Positions 7,930-16,914 of a stretch of 64,000 bases of DNA are shown piece after piece. Source of the DNA: Candidatus Bathyarchaeia archaeon (lineage in GTDB: Archaea > Thermoproteota > Bathyarchaeia > 40CM-2-53-6); assembly GCA_050013255.1 (NCBI GenBank), contig JBEKFP010000001.1, positions 1,152,001 to 1,216,000 of the forward strand. The letters run 5' to 3'. Position 1 is the stretch's first letter; every line of letters starts with the position of its first letter. The notes beneath the pieces were generated by a model. The model made no database searches and had not been told where the DNA came from. It saw only the letters and a list, made by a program, of their open reading frames with translations. The position numbers and the translations under genes are program-made.

Positions 7930-9411
7930 TCAGGCCGTATACTTCTCTTGCAAGTATTTGACCAGCCATTCGGGGTTGTATTCTTCGCCGAACAGCCGCT
8001 TCTGGAGCTCTTTGGGAGAGTAGGTTGCGCCGTAGTTGTGTATTTTCTCCTTCAGCCAAGTCTTGATTCTTCCCAGTTCACCTTTTTTCACCAGTTCCTT
8101 CGTATCCATGTCCTTCTTAATTCGTTGGAAGATCATGCCGGCTATGACATTGCCCAGCGAATATGTTGGGAAATATCCAATAAGTCCGCCACTCCAATGC
8201 ACGTCTTGCAGAACACCTTGCGCATCGTCCTTGGGTCTGACACCGACAAATTTCTCCATCAGGTCGCTCCAGAGTGACGGGGCTTCGGAGACTGCGATTT
8301 CTCCGCCGATCAGTTTCTTCTCCAATTCGTACCGCAATACGATGTGGAAATTGTAGGTCAGCTCATCTGCGTCGACGCGGATCGGGCTTGGTTTGACCGC
8401 GCAGAAGTACCTGTATATCTCGTCTTCGTTGTAGCCCGAGACGAAGGGCAGGTTTGCCTTTAATGTTGGGTAAACTAGTTTTGTGAATTCTTTGCTTCTC
8501 CCGATGAAGTTCTCCCAGAACCTAGACTGAGATTCATGAACGCCGAGTGAGTTGCCTCTAGAGAGTGGAGTGTACTCTAGAGAGGGATCTACTTGCAAAT
8601 CGTAGATTGCATGGCCTGATTCATGGATAGTGGAGAACAGGGATTCTTTGAAATCCTTTCCTTCGTACCTTGTTGTAATCCGCACATCTTCAACTGACAT
8701 GCTCGTAGTGAAGGGGTGAGTGGAAACATCCATCCTGAAAGTCTTCTCAGGCATTGCAAGCAGCTTCAGGACTTCAACGTTCACACGCCTCATAGCGGCT
8801 TCATCATAGGCAACTGACTCCAAGGGGTGCGTGCTCGGAAACTTGCCTTCGGAAACAACCTTGTTGACAATTCTCTTGAGGTTAGGGACGAGGGGTGAGA
8901 AGACGCGGTCGACGTCGGTTGTTGTAAGTTCCTCTTCGAATTGGTTCATGAGGGCATTGTAGGGGTGTCCTTTGTAACCGAGTTTCTCTGCTTCCTGTTT
9001 CTTCAGGTCCACCATTTTCTCTAAGTAACCTTTGAACATCTGGAAGTCAGATTTTCGTCTCGCCTCCCTCCAGACGACTGTGCCTTCGATTGCGGTTCTC
9101 CGGAGCTCTTCCAAGAGCTTCGGCGGGATTTTCATGAAATAGTCAAGCTCGCGTTTAACTACCCTCAGAACTCCCCTTTCGTAATCGTTCATATCTCCAA
9201 GTTTTTCCGCCTTCGACACAAGGTCGGCCAGTTCAATCGTGCGTTCTTGTCTCATCAGCGATGTCTGAGCAATCGCGAACCCCCTAGACTTCGATGAACC
9301 GAGGGGCATGTAAGTTTCCATATCCCATTCAAGCAGCGCCGAGTTATGATCTAGCGCCCAGAGGGGTTTGTGTTTCTCAATAATTTCCATTATAACCGGA
9401 TTACTTGACAT
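7930..9411 (-). CDS. thermostable carboxypeptidase, peptidase M32
   Basis: HPF, VRITTRY, HESGH, HESQSRFWEN, IRVDADE, QDVHW, GYFPTYSLG. Confidence 0.97.
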   Translation of the reverse strand: MSSNPVIMEIIEKHKPLWALDHNSALLEWDMETYMPLGSSKSRGFAIAQTSLMRQERTIELADLVSKAEKLGDMNDYERGVLRVVKRELDYFMKIPPKLLEELRRTAIEGTVVWREARRKSDFQMFKGYLEKMVDLKKQEAEKLGYKGHPYNALMNQFEEELTTTDVDRVFSPLVPNLKRIVNKVVSEGKFPSTHPLESVAYDEAAMRRVNVEVLKLLAMPEKTFRMDVSTHPFTTSMSVEDVRITTRYEGKDFKESLFSTIHESGHAIYDLQVDPSLEYTPLSRGNSLGVHESQSRFWENFIGRSKEFTKLVYPTLKANLPFVSGYNEDEIYRYFCAVKPSPIRVDADELTYNFHIVLRYELEKKLIGGEIAVSEAPSLWSDLMEKFVGVRPKDDAQGVLQDVHWSGGLIGYFPTYSLGNVIAGMIFQRIKKDMDTKELVKKGELGRIKTWLKEKIHNYGATYSPKELQKRLFGEEYNPEWLVKYLQEKYTA

Positions 9412-9438
9412 GGAAAATAACGCAGCCCAATCTCAGTA

Positions 9439-9888
9439 TTAAATTGTGGGCATAGAATTCGAATGTGTTTTCCTGAAAGTGAAAAAAACCAGTGCAACCG
9501 TGAACGCTATGAGGAGCGGTTCTATCATTGGCGGGAATTCAGGGACGGCTTGCTGCAGATAGAAGTTTATTGTGTTTGATGAATTGTCCGTGAGATTGAC
9601 AGTAGCGCTGTTAGCCGTGTATCCATGAGCGCTGACTCTAACGTTGTATGTTCCGGCGGGAACTCGCATCTGGTAGACTCCGCTCATACCAGAAAATGCT
9701 TCGAAGGTTTGTTGGCTGTTGCTGGCATAAACGGTCGCCCAGTCAAAGGGATGGCCGTCAACTCCAATTACCATGCCCGTTATCTCTCCACCTGGCCCAC
9801 CGTAGTACTGCTGCGTCGATTGGGCGAACACCAACCTACTGCCAATCAAGACTAGCGCAAGAAGCGAAGCCGTCAGGATAAATCTCAT
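9439..9888 (-). CDS. surface protein with carboxypeptidase-regulatory-like beta domain and PEF-type C-terminal sorting signal
   Basis: Signal peptide, G-x-Y...PAGTYNVRVSAHGY, then VPEFP + TM + basic tail. Confidence 0.8.
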   Translation of the reverse strand: MRFILTASLLALVLIGSRLVFAQSTQQYYGGPGGEITGMVIGVDGHPFDWATVYASNSQQTFEAFSGMSGVYQMRVPAGTYNVRVSAHGYTANSATVNLTDNSSNTINFYLQQAVPEFPPMIEPLLIAFTVALVFFTFRKTHSNSMPTI

Positions 9889-10030
9889 AAATCCCGCTCA
9901 ACTAGAAGGATCAAGTTGGATTACTGGCAATAAAAGACTTGATAGACAGTCCAACTCCCACTTCATTCCGAAATCCTTCATCACTCTTCGTGTTTTCGGT
10001 CTTGCGGTTGGTTTACATTTAGTACAAGGC

Positions 10031-11083
10031 TTGAGTTTGATTAGCAAAGAAATTGATCAGGCGGAAGCATTGGGTCTCCGGAAGAGGATTTCTGACCTCA
10101 GGGTGTCGGTTCTTCCCGATTTCTATTTTGACAGGATAGTTCGGGTTCCTTCCTTTCGTGACTTGATTAGGCAGGTTGAGTTGAAGGCGGCGTCAGGGGG
10201 CGGCAACCTACGCGGCCTCTTTCAGACAGAGGTCAAGGGTGGAAACGCGACAAACCTTGCCTACGCCTTATCATCGCTGTCAGCTAGAACAAACCTTTAC
10301 TGTGTGGGAAATTCGCTTACACGAGCCGTACTTTCAACACCTCCAGCAGGTTGCAAGGTCAGGGTCATTGAGGGCCGGCCAGGTTATACAATGGCCCTCG
10401 AATTCCGCTTCAAACGGAAACCAGTCAACATCATGTTCAGCGATGTCGGTGACATTTCGAATTTCGATGGTAGAGAACTCACTCGACACGACACTATGAC
10501 CCTGAGGAAATCTGATTGCGTCGCTCTCGTGAACTGGTCTTCCAATGCGAAAGGAACCGAGCTTGCGCGCAGGGTCTTTGGTCTAAGCGACCGGGAAGGC
10601 AGGTTGAATTTCATTGACCTTGCAGATGTGGCCGGCGCAGAGAGTAGGGTCAGAACTCTAGCGAGGAACATTCTCGATCAAGGATTAGTTGACGTAATCA
10701 GCCTAAACGAGAACGAGGCTAGAATTATAGCGCGCACGCTTTCAATAGGGGGGCTGCGGCGTTCATATGATCGTCGTGACGTACTCAGAGTGTCAAACCT
10801 GCTTCACAACTCCCTCCGCGTCGTGGTAGACGTTCATACTCCAATCGGAAGCGCCTCTTCAACCAATCAAGAAGACGTATGGGTAGATTCGTTTGGCAAA
10901 GTCAGCGGCTTTGTGACTGGAGCAGGTGATGTTTGGGATGCGGGAGACATAATCGGACACCTTCTCAGCTTCAACGCCGAAGATAGGCTGCGTTTCGCTA
11001 ACGCCTGCGCGCATCTTTACCTAACCAACAAGAATGCCCGACTTCCAACCCTTCGTGAAGTCGCGCATTTCGCAAGCCTCTAA
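10031..11083 (+). CDS. PfkB/ribokinase family kinase
   Basis: GGNATN, NENEA, TGAGD. Confidence 0.88.
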   Translation: MSLISKEIDQAEALGLRKRISDLRVSVLPDFYFDRIVRVPSFRDLIRQVELKAASGGGNLRGLFQTEVKGGNATNLAYALSSLSARTNLYCVGNSLTRAVLSTPPAGCKVRVIEGRPGYTMALEFRFKRKPVNIMFSDVGDISNFDGRELTRHDTMTLRKSDCVALVNWSSNAKGTELARRVFGLSDREGRLNFIDLADVAGAESRVRTLARNILDQGLVDVISLNENEARIIARTLSIGGLRRSYDRRDVLRVSNLLHNSLRVVVDVHTPIGSASSTNQEDVWVDSFGKVSGFVTGAGDVWDAGDIIGHLLSFNAEDRLRFANACAHLYLTNKNARLPTLREVAHFASL

Positions 11084-11106
11084 CTCTTTTATCTCCGGCA
11101 TCGGAG

Positions 11107-11751
11107 TTGCGGAAGATGCCCATGCCTTTCCCTAACATCAACGAACGCCGAACGTTTCAGTTGGGCGCCAAGCACGTCTCTAAGGTTGATCCAAAGCTTC
11201 AGCAACTCGTCAAAGAACTTGGTCAGATCGATTTCGAGGCTAGTGGAGATCCATTTGAATCACTAGTTGAAGCGATCATTTCTCAGCAATTAAGCGGCAA
11301 GTCCGCTCGGGCAATTTTTGGTAGACTGAAGGCTCTGATTGGAAGCGAAGTAATCGAGGCGCATGCCCTCAAGAGGACGCACGTATCAAGATTGAGGAAA
11401 GCGGGGGTTTCTCCACAAAAGATCCGTTACCTCAAAGATTTGAGTTCGCGGGTGGCTAAGGGTCAACTGGACCTTGAGCGTCTCAAGGAGATGGAGGACG
11501 CTGAAGTAATTCGTATACTTGACGAAGTCAAAGGCATAGGTCCGTGGACGGCGCACATGTTTCTGCTCTTCACGCTGGGACGGCCGGATGTTCTTCCGGT
11601 CGATGACCTTGGGATTCAACTAGCGGTTAAGAGGGTATACTCCTTGCGCAAACTTCCTAGCGCGAAGAAGATTGAGGAAATTGCGAGCAATTGGCATCCA
11701 TATTGCTCTGTAGCGTCATTGTATCTCTGGCACGCGAAGAAAGTTCAGTAA
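11107..11751 (+). CDS. alkA: DNA-3-methyladenine glycosylase II (AlkA family)
   Basis: IISQQLS, HhH motif VKGIGPWTA, LPVDDLG, W-x-PY-x-S. Confidence 0.93.
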   Translation: MRKMPMPFPNINERRTFQLGAKHVSKVDPKLQQLVKELGQIDFEASGDPFESLVEAIISQQLSGKSARAIFGRLKALIGSEVIEAHALKRTHVSRLRKAGVSPQKIRYLKDLSSRVAKGQLDLERLKEMEDAEVIRILDEVKGIGPWTAHMFLLFTLGRPDVLPVDDLGIQLAVKRVYSLRKLPSAKKIEEIASNWHPYCSVASLYLWHAKKVQ

Positions 11752-11877
11752 CAGTAGATTCATGTTAGCGGGAACTTCTCGGCTACGACCCGACTTGCGC
11801 AAAACACTATCCTAAACGGAAAGGATAATTGCTGACGCACCTTTGGGAGGAATGTTAGGAGTGAGCGTGGGGTCCGA

Positions 11878-12042
11878 ATGAGCACGGAGGTTTGTTCTTG
11901 CGGCAGCGGGAAGAGACCTACAGGATATTGCGAAGAATGTGGAATGAAATACTGTAACGAATGCAAATTCACGCACCTATACACCCCTCCGGCTATGAGT
12001 ACTGCCGATTTCCTCTACGCAAGCGTAGGCAAGAAGAAATAG
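11878..12042 (+). CDS. 54-aa B-box-like zinc-finger microprotein (absent from ORF track)
   Basis: Manual translation MSTEVCSCGSGKRPTGYCEECGMKYCNECKFTHLYTPPAMSTADFLYASVGKKK. Fills an intergenic gap. Confidence 0.75.
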   Translation: MSTEVCSCGSGKRPTGYCEECGMKYCNECKFTHLYTPPAMSTADFLYASVGKKK

Positions 12043-12070
12043 CATCGTCTTCTGAGCGAGGGGACTCGGG

Positions 12071-12457
12071 TTGCTTTCCGCGAACCAAAAACCACGCTTG
12101 GTCTACGACGGGGTCTGCAATCTATGCACGGGCGCTGTTCGTTTTCTTCACGCGCTGCGGGGTGAAAAGCTGGTTCAATATACGCCGTTCCAGAACCTTA
12201 GGTCAGATGTGCGGCGGGCCTACGGTTTGACGGATGAAGCTCTCCAGGGACGCATGTACCTCATCCGAAGAGACGGATCCCTTGCAAGTGGCCCTTTTGC
12301 ATTAGTGGAGGTGTGCAAGCTCCTGACACCATTCAGCTTCCTTTGTAGCCTGTTCGGAACACCCTTCGCTCAACGATTATATGATTGGGTGGCTCAGCGG
12401 CGTTACAGGATCTTCGGCTGCAGGGAATCATGTTACGTCGTCAAATCAAGTGACTGA
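12071..12457 (+). CDS. DCC1/DUF393 thiol-disulfide oxidoreductase
   Basis: YDGVCNLC and Y-x-W-V-A-x-x-RY-x-IFG. Confidence 0.92.
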   Translation: MLSANQKPRLVYDGVCNLCTGAVRFLHALRGEKLVQYTPFQNLRSDVRRAYGLTDEALQGRMYLIRRDGSLASGPFALVEVCKLLTPFSFLCSLFGTPFAQRLYDWVAQRRYRIFGCRESCYVVKSSD

Positions 12458-12469
12458 GCTCGGAAGGCT

Positions 12470-13408
12470 TCACGAAGGCTTCATTATCAACGCAATCTCA
12501 TCGGGGTCCGAGATGAAGAGTTGCCCGTTTCCCTCATGCTGCGCGATAGGGCTGTCGGCCAACATGTTTGATAGTTCATTGAGGTTTTCGCGTGGAACTG
12601 TAATAGTTAAGTGGTCCAGGCCTGCCCAATTCCTTTCGACGGGTTTTCCTCCTAGGCTTTCCCATGTGTTCATTCCGATGTGGTGGTGGTACCGCCCGAC
12701 GGAAAGGAAGGCAGCGCTTCCATAGTACCTCATCAAATCTAAACCCATCACGCTACGGTAGAAGGAGATCGACCTCTGCAGGTCGGTAACCTTCAAGTGA
12801 ATGTGACCCACCTTGGTTCCATCAGCTATGGCCCTCAAACTATCCCGCCGTGCGTCGGTCACTTCCTTTAGCAAGGAATCAATGTCAAGTGGCTGTGTTG
12901 TCATATCCACGTACCCGTCTTCATCAAATTTCCAACGACCCCTAGTCCTGTCTGCGTATATCTCTATTCCATTTCCTTCAGGGTCCGTCAGGTAGAGTGC
13001 TTCACTGACTAGGTGGTTCGCGAAACCGTCAAAAATTATCCCTGCATTTCCGATAGCGACGTAGGAGGCTGCTAGGCTTCTTCTATCTGGAACCAGTAAC
13101 GCGTAATGGTAGAGCCCAGCAGCATCGTCGGGCGCTCTTTCGGCATTTGGAAGATGCCTCAAAACTATAATGGGCTCTGCAGATTTGCTGGGGCTAAGCT
13201 CAACAACCTCTTCGTCCCGCCGGCGGGCTACGAGGCCAAGGTCCTTTTCGTAGAAGGACAGCATCGAACCTAGGTCCCTTACCTTCAAAGAAACAGGTCC
13301 GAGCGTCATTTCTGGATTGAGTTTGAATTCCGGTATGGGCATGTCGATGTATCCTCTGCCTGTTGGGTTAGGTTTTCCAGGAATTAAATCAAAAGGGGTT
13401 TGAGGCAA
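12470..13408 (-). CDS. two-domain VOC/glyoxalase protein (CatE-like)
   Basis: GLYHYALL, HLVSEALYLTDPEGNGIEIYAD, GHIHLKV, YHHHIGMNTW. Confidence 0.92.
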   Translation of the reverse strand: MPQTPFDLIPGKPNPTGRGYIDMPIPEFKLNPEMTLGPVSLKVRDLGSMLSFYEKDLGLVARRRDEEVVELSPSKSAEPIIVLRHLPNAERAPDDAAGLYHYALLVPDRRSLAASYVAIGNAGIIFDGFANHLVSEALYLTDPEGNGIEIYADRTRGRWKFDEDGYVDMTTQPLDIDSLLKEVTDARRDSLRAIADGTKVGHIHLKVTDLQRSISFYRSVMGLDLMRYYGSAAFLSVGRYHHHIGMNTWESLGGKPVERNWAGLDHLTITVPRENLNELSNMLADSPIAQHEGNGQLFISDPDEIALIMKPS

Positions 13409-13482
13409 CGGTCGGTATTGGGGACATTAATTGTCTAGTGTGTTTGCCTCAGAGTAACATAGGTTCCACACAAAATTACACC

Positions 13483-13558
13483 ACTCCCCCACGGGGGGGT
13501 CCACCCATTGAGGCTAGGGTGGATCCACCCATCAAGGGGTGGTGCCAAACGGTGCCAA
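13483..13558. repeat. cluster of GC-rich palindromes
   Basis: ACTCCCCC-AC-GGGGGGGT, TCCACCC...GGGTGGA, the 14-bp palindrome GGGTGGATCCACCC, and GGTGCCAA twice. Confidence 0.6.
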
Positions 13559-13597
13559 GCGAAGGTAACTCCAGGCTGGTTTTGCGCCTCGATCCCC

Positions 13598-13807
13598 TCA
13601 TACGGAGCGGTTTACAGACCCAGGCCATGCATCTCCCCTTGACCGATGCCTTTGAACAATCCAGACCAGTTCGTCGAACGTGAGCGAACAACTGCCCGCT
13701 TCCTCCTGCCCATCTCGAACTATTTGTAGCAGTTGCCTAGCCCTCGTACCTATGGCTTCGCGGCTGAGGGCTGCGTAGAGGAACACATTTGAGTCGGGGT
13801 AAAGCGT
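13598..13807 (-). pseudogene. vapC: truncated VapC/PIN toxin
   Basis: LYPDSNVFLYAAL...SLTFDELVW is a PIN N-terminus. The start position reads ACG and the frame stops after about 69 codons. Confidence 0.8.
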
Positions 13808-14062
13808 CTATGCGTTCCTTTCATCCAGCTCCTCCTCATACGCATGCGGATTAATCTTGGACACGGGCTTTCCCTTTCGAGCGATTGTTTCCAAAGTTCG
13901 AATAGGATCTTCAGCCTCCCTCTCAAGGATCACACGCTATCCCTCCAGACGAAAAACAACCTTGGTTCCCGCGCCAATCTTGAGGATCTTTCTAAAACTC
14001 TTGGGGGTTACTACTTGCCCTTTTGGGCCGACCCGCATCTTGTCTGTTAGCAAGTGAAACAT
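13808..14062 (-). pseudogene. AbrB/MazE-type antitoxin with in-frame TAG
   Basis: Manual translation ...KMRVGPKGQVVTPKSFRKILKIGAGTKVVFRLEG*RVILERE..., with TAG at 13937-13939. Confidence 0.82.
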
Positions 14063-14248
14063 CAAGTTATACTTCTGTCTAACTTTCATTTATGCTTCGG
14101 TACGGGGAGGGGATTCTGACCCCAAGATCTTCAGAGACGTATTGACCAGATGGGTGGATGTAATCATCCGGCACTCCACTTCAGGCAGAAAAAAAACCCA
14201 AAATCAGCTCTGTCCGACCCCAAGAAAAACAGCAAAACAGGCCCGGTT

Positions 14249-14283
14249 TGACTCAGAAAACTGAGTCACCCCCCTGGGGGGTG
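14249..14283. repeat. two overlapping palindromes downstream of the frhB-like gene
   Basis: TGACTCAG-AAAA-CTGAGTCA and CACCCCCC-T-GGGGGGTG. Confidence 0.55.
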
Positions 14284-14353
14284 CCTCCAAGCGTGCGCGC
14301 AAGTAAACTAGAGTGTGCATCCATTCAAAGGAGGGTGTTGAAGGAACCGGCGC

Positions 14354-15406
14354 TTAGTTGATTTGTGTGGCTTTTCTCGCGTGTTTCGCCAGCGCCATGT
14401 TTACCACTTTCTGGTACCCCTTCTCTTCCGGCTTCAGTTCACGCAGCTCCACGTAACCCGCCTTCTCAGCTTGCCTTAGAATGTCGAGGCCCTTCTCTGT
14501 CCGCGCAATCACTGTGGAATAACCTGTTGGGCATCCTATACCGCCCACTGAGATGTCTGCGTATTCGGCGGTGAAATCTTCGCATTGCTTGCAACTCTGC
14601 CGAACGAACGCATCAACGTCACGAAGCGGTACATGCAAGAGTTCTTTGTCGCCAGCTTTAGCGATGAAGGATCCCTTCTTGATTTCCACACGTGTGATGG
14701 TGGAAGGGTCGATGCCTTTGCCGGCCATGTAGGTTTCCACCAGCTTATCGTAACCGTAAGCCTCCATACAGAACAAGCCTATGCTCAACTGCATGGCCTG
14801 TGCCAAACGGCGGTTGCCCAATGGTGATGTCTGAATCCTTCTCACCGCTCTCATCTGGCACGGTGTTCCGACCAGGCCAACCTTGGTCTTAGCGTACTCT
14901 TCAACCGCTGATCGAACACCAAGAAGCGTCGGGCTGGGTGTGTACTTCGTCCCAGCGTTCTTCACGATATCCTCGCTCTTCGTCGCGACCACAGGCTTCG
15001 CTTTCCAATTCGCATCTCTTCCCGCAACCACCGCTGCATCAATCAACTTCTTGTCCAGCGCGTAGCTAAGGAGGGCTGTAACCATACCGCCGTCCTGCGC
15101 AACTCCTTGAGTATCTTTGCTAACTGCGCGGCCAACAAATGTTCCTCTAGATATTCCGAGGGGTTCATCAGCGCGTCTTGTTCGGCCGTGGAGGAAGACT
15201 TCGACGTCATTCTTCGGAAACTCGACCGTGGGGCACTGGTAGTAGCAGACTTCGCACAGAGCACACTGGCCGATCAGTGTTGGTTGTTCCCCAACTGGCC
15301 AAAGTACTCCCACGGGGCATGAGGCCATGCAGGCCCCGCAGAAAGAGCATAAATTAGGTCGAACTACTTGCGTTACTAGGTTGCCGAACAGCTGTGGTTT
15401 CGCCAT
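14354..15406 (-). CDS. F420 hydrogenase/dehydrogenase beta subunit family (FrhB-like) with N-terminal 2x[4Fe-4S]
   Basis: CSFCGACMASCP, CALCEVCYYQCP, AQDGGMVT, GTPCQ, IGLFC, CKQCEDF...ADISVG. Start at MAKPQ. Confidence 0.92.
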   Translation of the reverse strand: MAKPQLFGNLVTQVVRPNLCSFCGACMASCPVGVLWPVGEQPTLIGQCALCEVCYYQCPTVEFPKNDVEVFLHGRTRRADEPLGISRGTFVGRAVSKDTQGVAQDGGMVTALLSYALDKKLIDAAVVAGRDANWKAKPVVATKSEDIVKNAGTKYTPSPTLLGVRSAVEEYAKTKVGLVGTPCQMRAVRRIQTSPLGNRRLAQAMQLSIGLFCMEAYGYDKLVETYMAGKGIDPSTITRVEIKKGSFIAKAGDKELLHVPLRDVDAFVRQSCKQCEDFTAEYADISVGGIGCPTGYSTVIARTEKGLDILRQAEKAGYVELRELKPEEKGYQKVVNMALAKHARKATQIN

Positions 15407-15556
15407 CATTTCAGATGCATCTTCTTGGTGTCTTTTCGACGCCGGCCAACCGCCTGGATTGAGGAAATGGCTTTTGGTTGTTTTCCATGATTGACATACA
15501 GAGGGCCCAAGCCAATTATCACTGAACAAAATTGAAAGCTCGGGAGCGGAATTCTT

Positions 15557-16843
15557 CTGTTTGATCGGCTCGGCCAAACGCTCAAGCCAAAACAACTAAG
15601 ACGCATACAGGAAACCAAACTCCGCAAAATCGTTCGCTACGCCTACAGGAATGTACCGTTATACCGCAAACGCTTCGACGAAGCCGGAGTGAAACCAGAA
15701 TCCATCAAAAGCCTCGACGATCTACCGAAGGTACCTTTCACAGCTAAGACAGATTTGCGAGACAATTATCCACTTGGTATTCTTGCCGTTCCTCAAAATC
15801 GCGTTTACTGTCTCCACGCGTCATCCGGTACAACTGGAAAACCGATAGTCGTAGCCTACACTCAACATGATTTGGAACGTTGGGCCACGTTAATGGGCAG
15901 AACTCTTGATACCGCCGGAGTAAAGAAAGGCGATATCGTTCAAAACATGTACGGATACGGCCTCTTCACCGGTGGGCTGGGTATCCATTATGGAGCCAGG
16001 GCCATAGGGGCCACAATCCTACCAACGAGCGTCGGAAACACAAAGCGCCAGCTAATGCTCATGAAGGACCTACGAAGCACCGTGGTCACGAGTACACCAT
16101 CTTACATGGTATACTTGGTTGAGGCAAGTCGGGCTGAGGGTTATGAGCCAAGAACCGATTTCGCTCTAAGAGTAGGGGTCTTCGGCGCTGAACCTTGGAG
16201 TGAAGAAGCTCGGAAGCGAATTGAGGCGGGGTTCGGTCTCCGGGCGCATGATATCTACGGTATGTCCGAGCTTTACGGTCCGGGGGTTGGAATCGAGTGC
16301 GAGCAAAGAAACGGCCTCCACATCTGGGGCGATGAATTTCTCGTAGAAACCATCAACCCTGACACCGGTGAGGTTTTGGAACCAGGCAAAGAAGGCGAAC
16401 TCGTCTTCACAATGCTTTCCCGGGAAGCGATGCCCTTCCTCCGCTACCGTTCAAGGGACCTCTCAACCGTGTACGAAGAGGAGTGTGCATGCGGCAGATA
16501 CCACAGCCGCATCGCGCGAATAAAGGGGCGGAGTGACGACATGCTCATCGTGGGAGGCGTGAACGTTTTTCCAAGCCAAATCGAGCATGTTTTAATGAAC
16601 ACTCCCGGCCTTGGAGATCAATATCAAATAATCGTCACGCACAAGGAACTGGACCGATTGGCCGTTAAGGTTGAAGCATCCACGGACATGCTGAAGGATC
16701 CGAATTTGCCGAAGAAGATTCAGGAAGACCTCTTCGCGGTCCTGGCGATTCGCGCTGACGTGGAACTCGTTGAGTTAGGGACACTCCCACGCTCAGAAGT
16801 CGGCAAGGCCCGCCGCGTAATCGACCTACGCCCAAAGGTTTGA
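15557..16843 (+). CDS. paaK: phenylacetate-CoA ligase family (PaaK-like)
   Basis: SSGTTGKP, YGYGLFTGG, YGMSE, LRYRSRD, GRSDDM. Homology extends upstream of the track start 15689 to a probable CTG at 15557. Confidence 0.9.
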   Translation: MFDRLGQTLKPKQLRRIQETKLRKIVRYAYRNVPLYRKRFDEAGVKPESIKSLDDLPKVPFTAKTDLRDNYPLGILAVPQNRVYCLHASSGTTGKPIVVAYTQHDLERWATLMGRTLDTAGVKKGDIVQNMYGYGLFTGGLGIHYGARAIGATILPTSVGNTKRQLMLMKDLRSTVVTSTPSYMVYLVEASRAEGYEPRTDFALRVGVFGAEPWSEEARKRIEAGFGLRAHDIYGMSELYGPGVGIECEQRNGLHIWGDEFLVETINPDTGEVLEPGKEGELVFTMLSREAMPFLRYRSRDLSTVYEEECACGRYHSRIARIKGRSDDMLIVGGVNVFPSQIEHVLMNTPGLGDQYQIIVTHKELDRLAVKVEASTDMLKDPNLPKKIQEDLFAVLAIRADVELVELGTLPRSEVGKARRVIDLRPKV

Positions 16844-16914
16844 GCCTAGCGACTGGAACTGCGGCTAAACTCGTTACACCATTTACTGGAACCGGGTAAC
16901 GATTCAGCGTTCCA

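Noticed and set aside
7675-8277. Long antisense ORFs (also 20607-21080, 24495-25010, 54430-54960, 57774-58322)
   Set aside because: They are shadow frames opposite well-supported genes and carry no motifs.
13609-13621. Possible IS end (GGGTCTGTAAAC on the minus strand) at the vapC breakpoint
   Set aside because: No partner inverted repeat, target duplication or transposase remnant could be found by eye.
13937-13939. Pyrrolysine read-through of the TAG in the antitoxin
   Set aside because: The partner toxin is also decayed and no pyl genes are visible, so a nonsense mutation is simpler.
15407-15595. Long N-terminal extension of the FrhB-like ORF in the track
   Set aside because: It has no family similarity and overlaps the start of the divergent PaaK-like gene.
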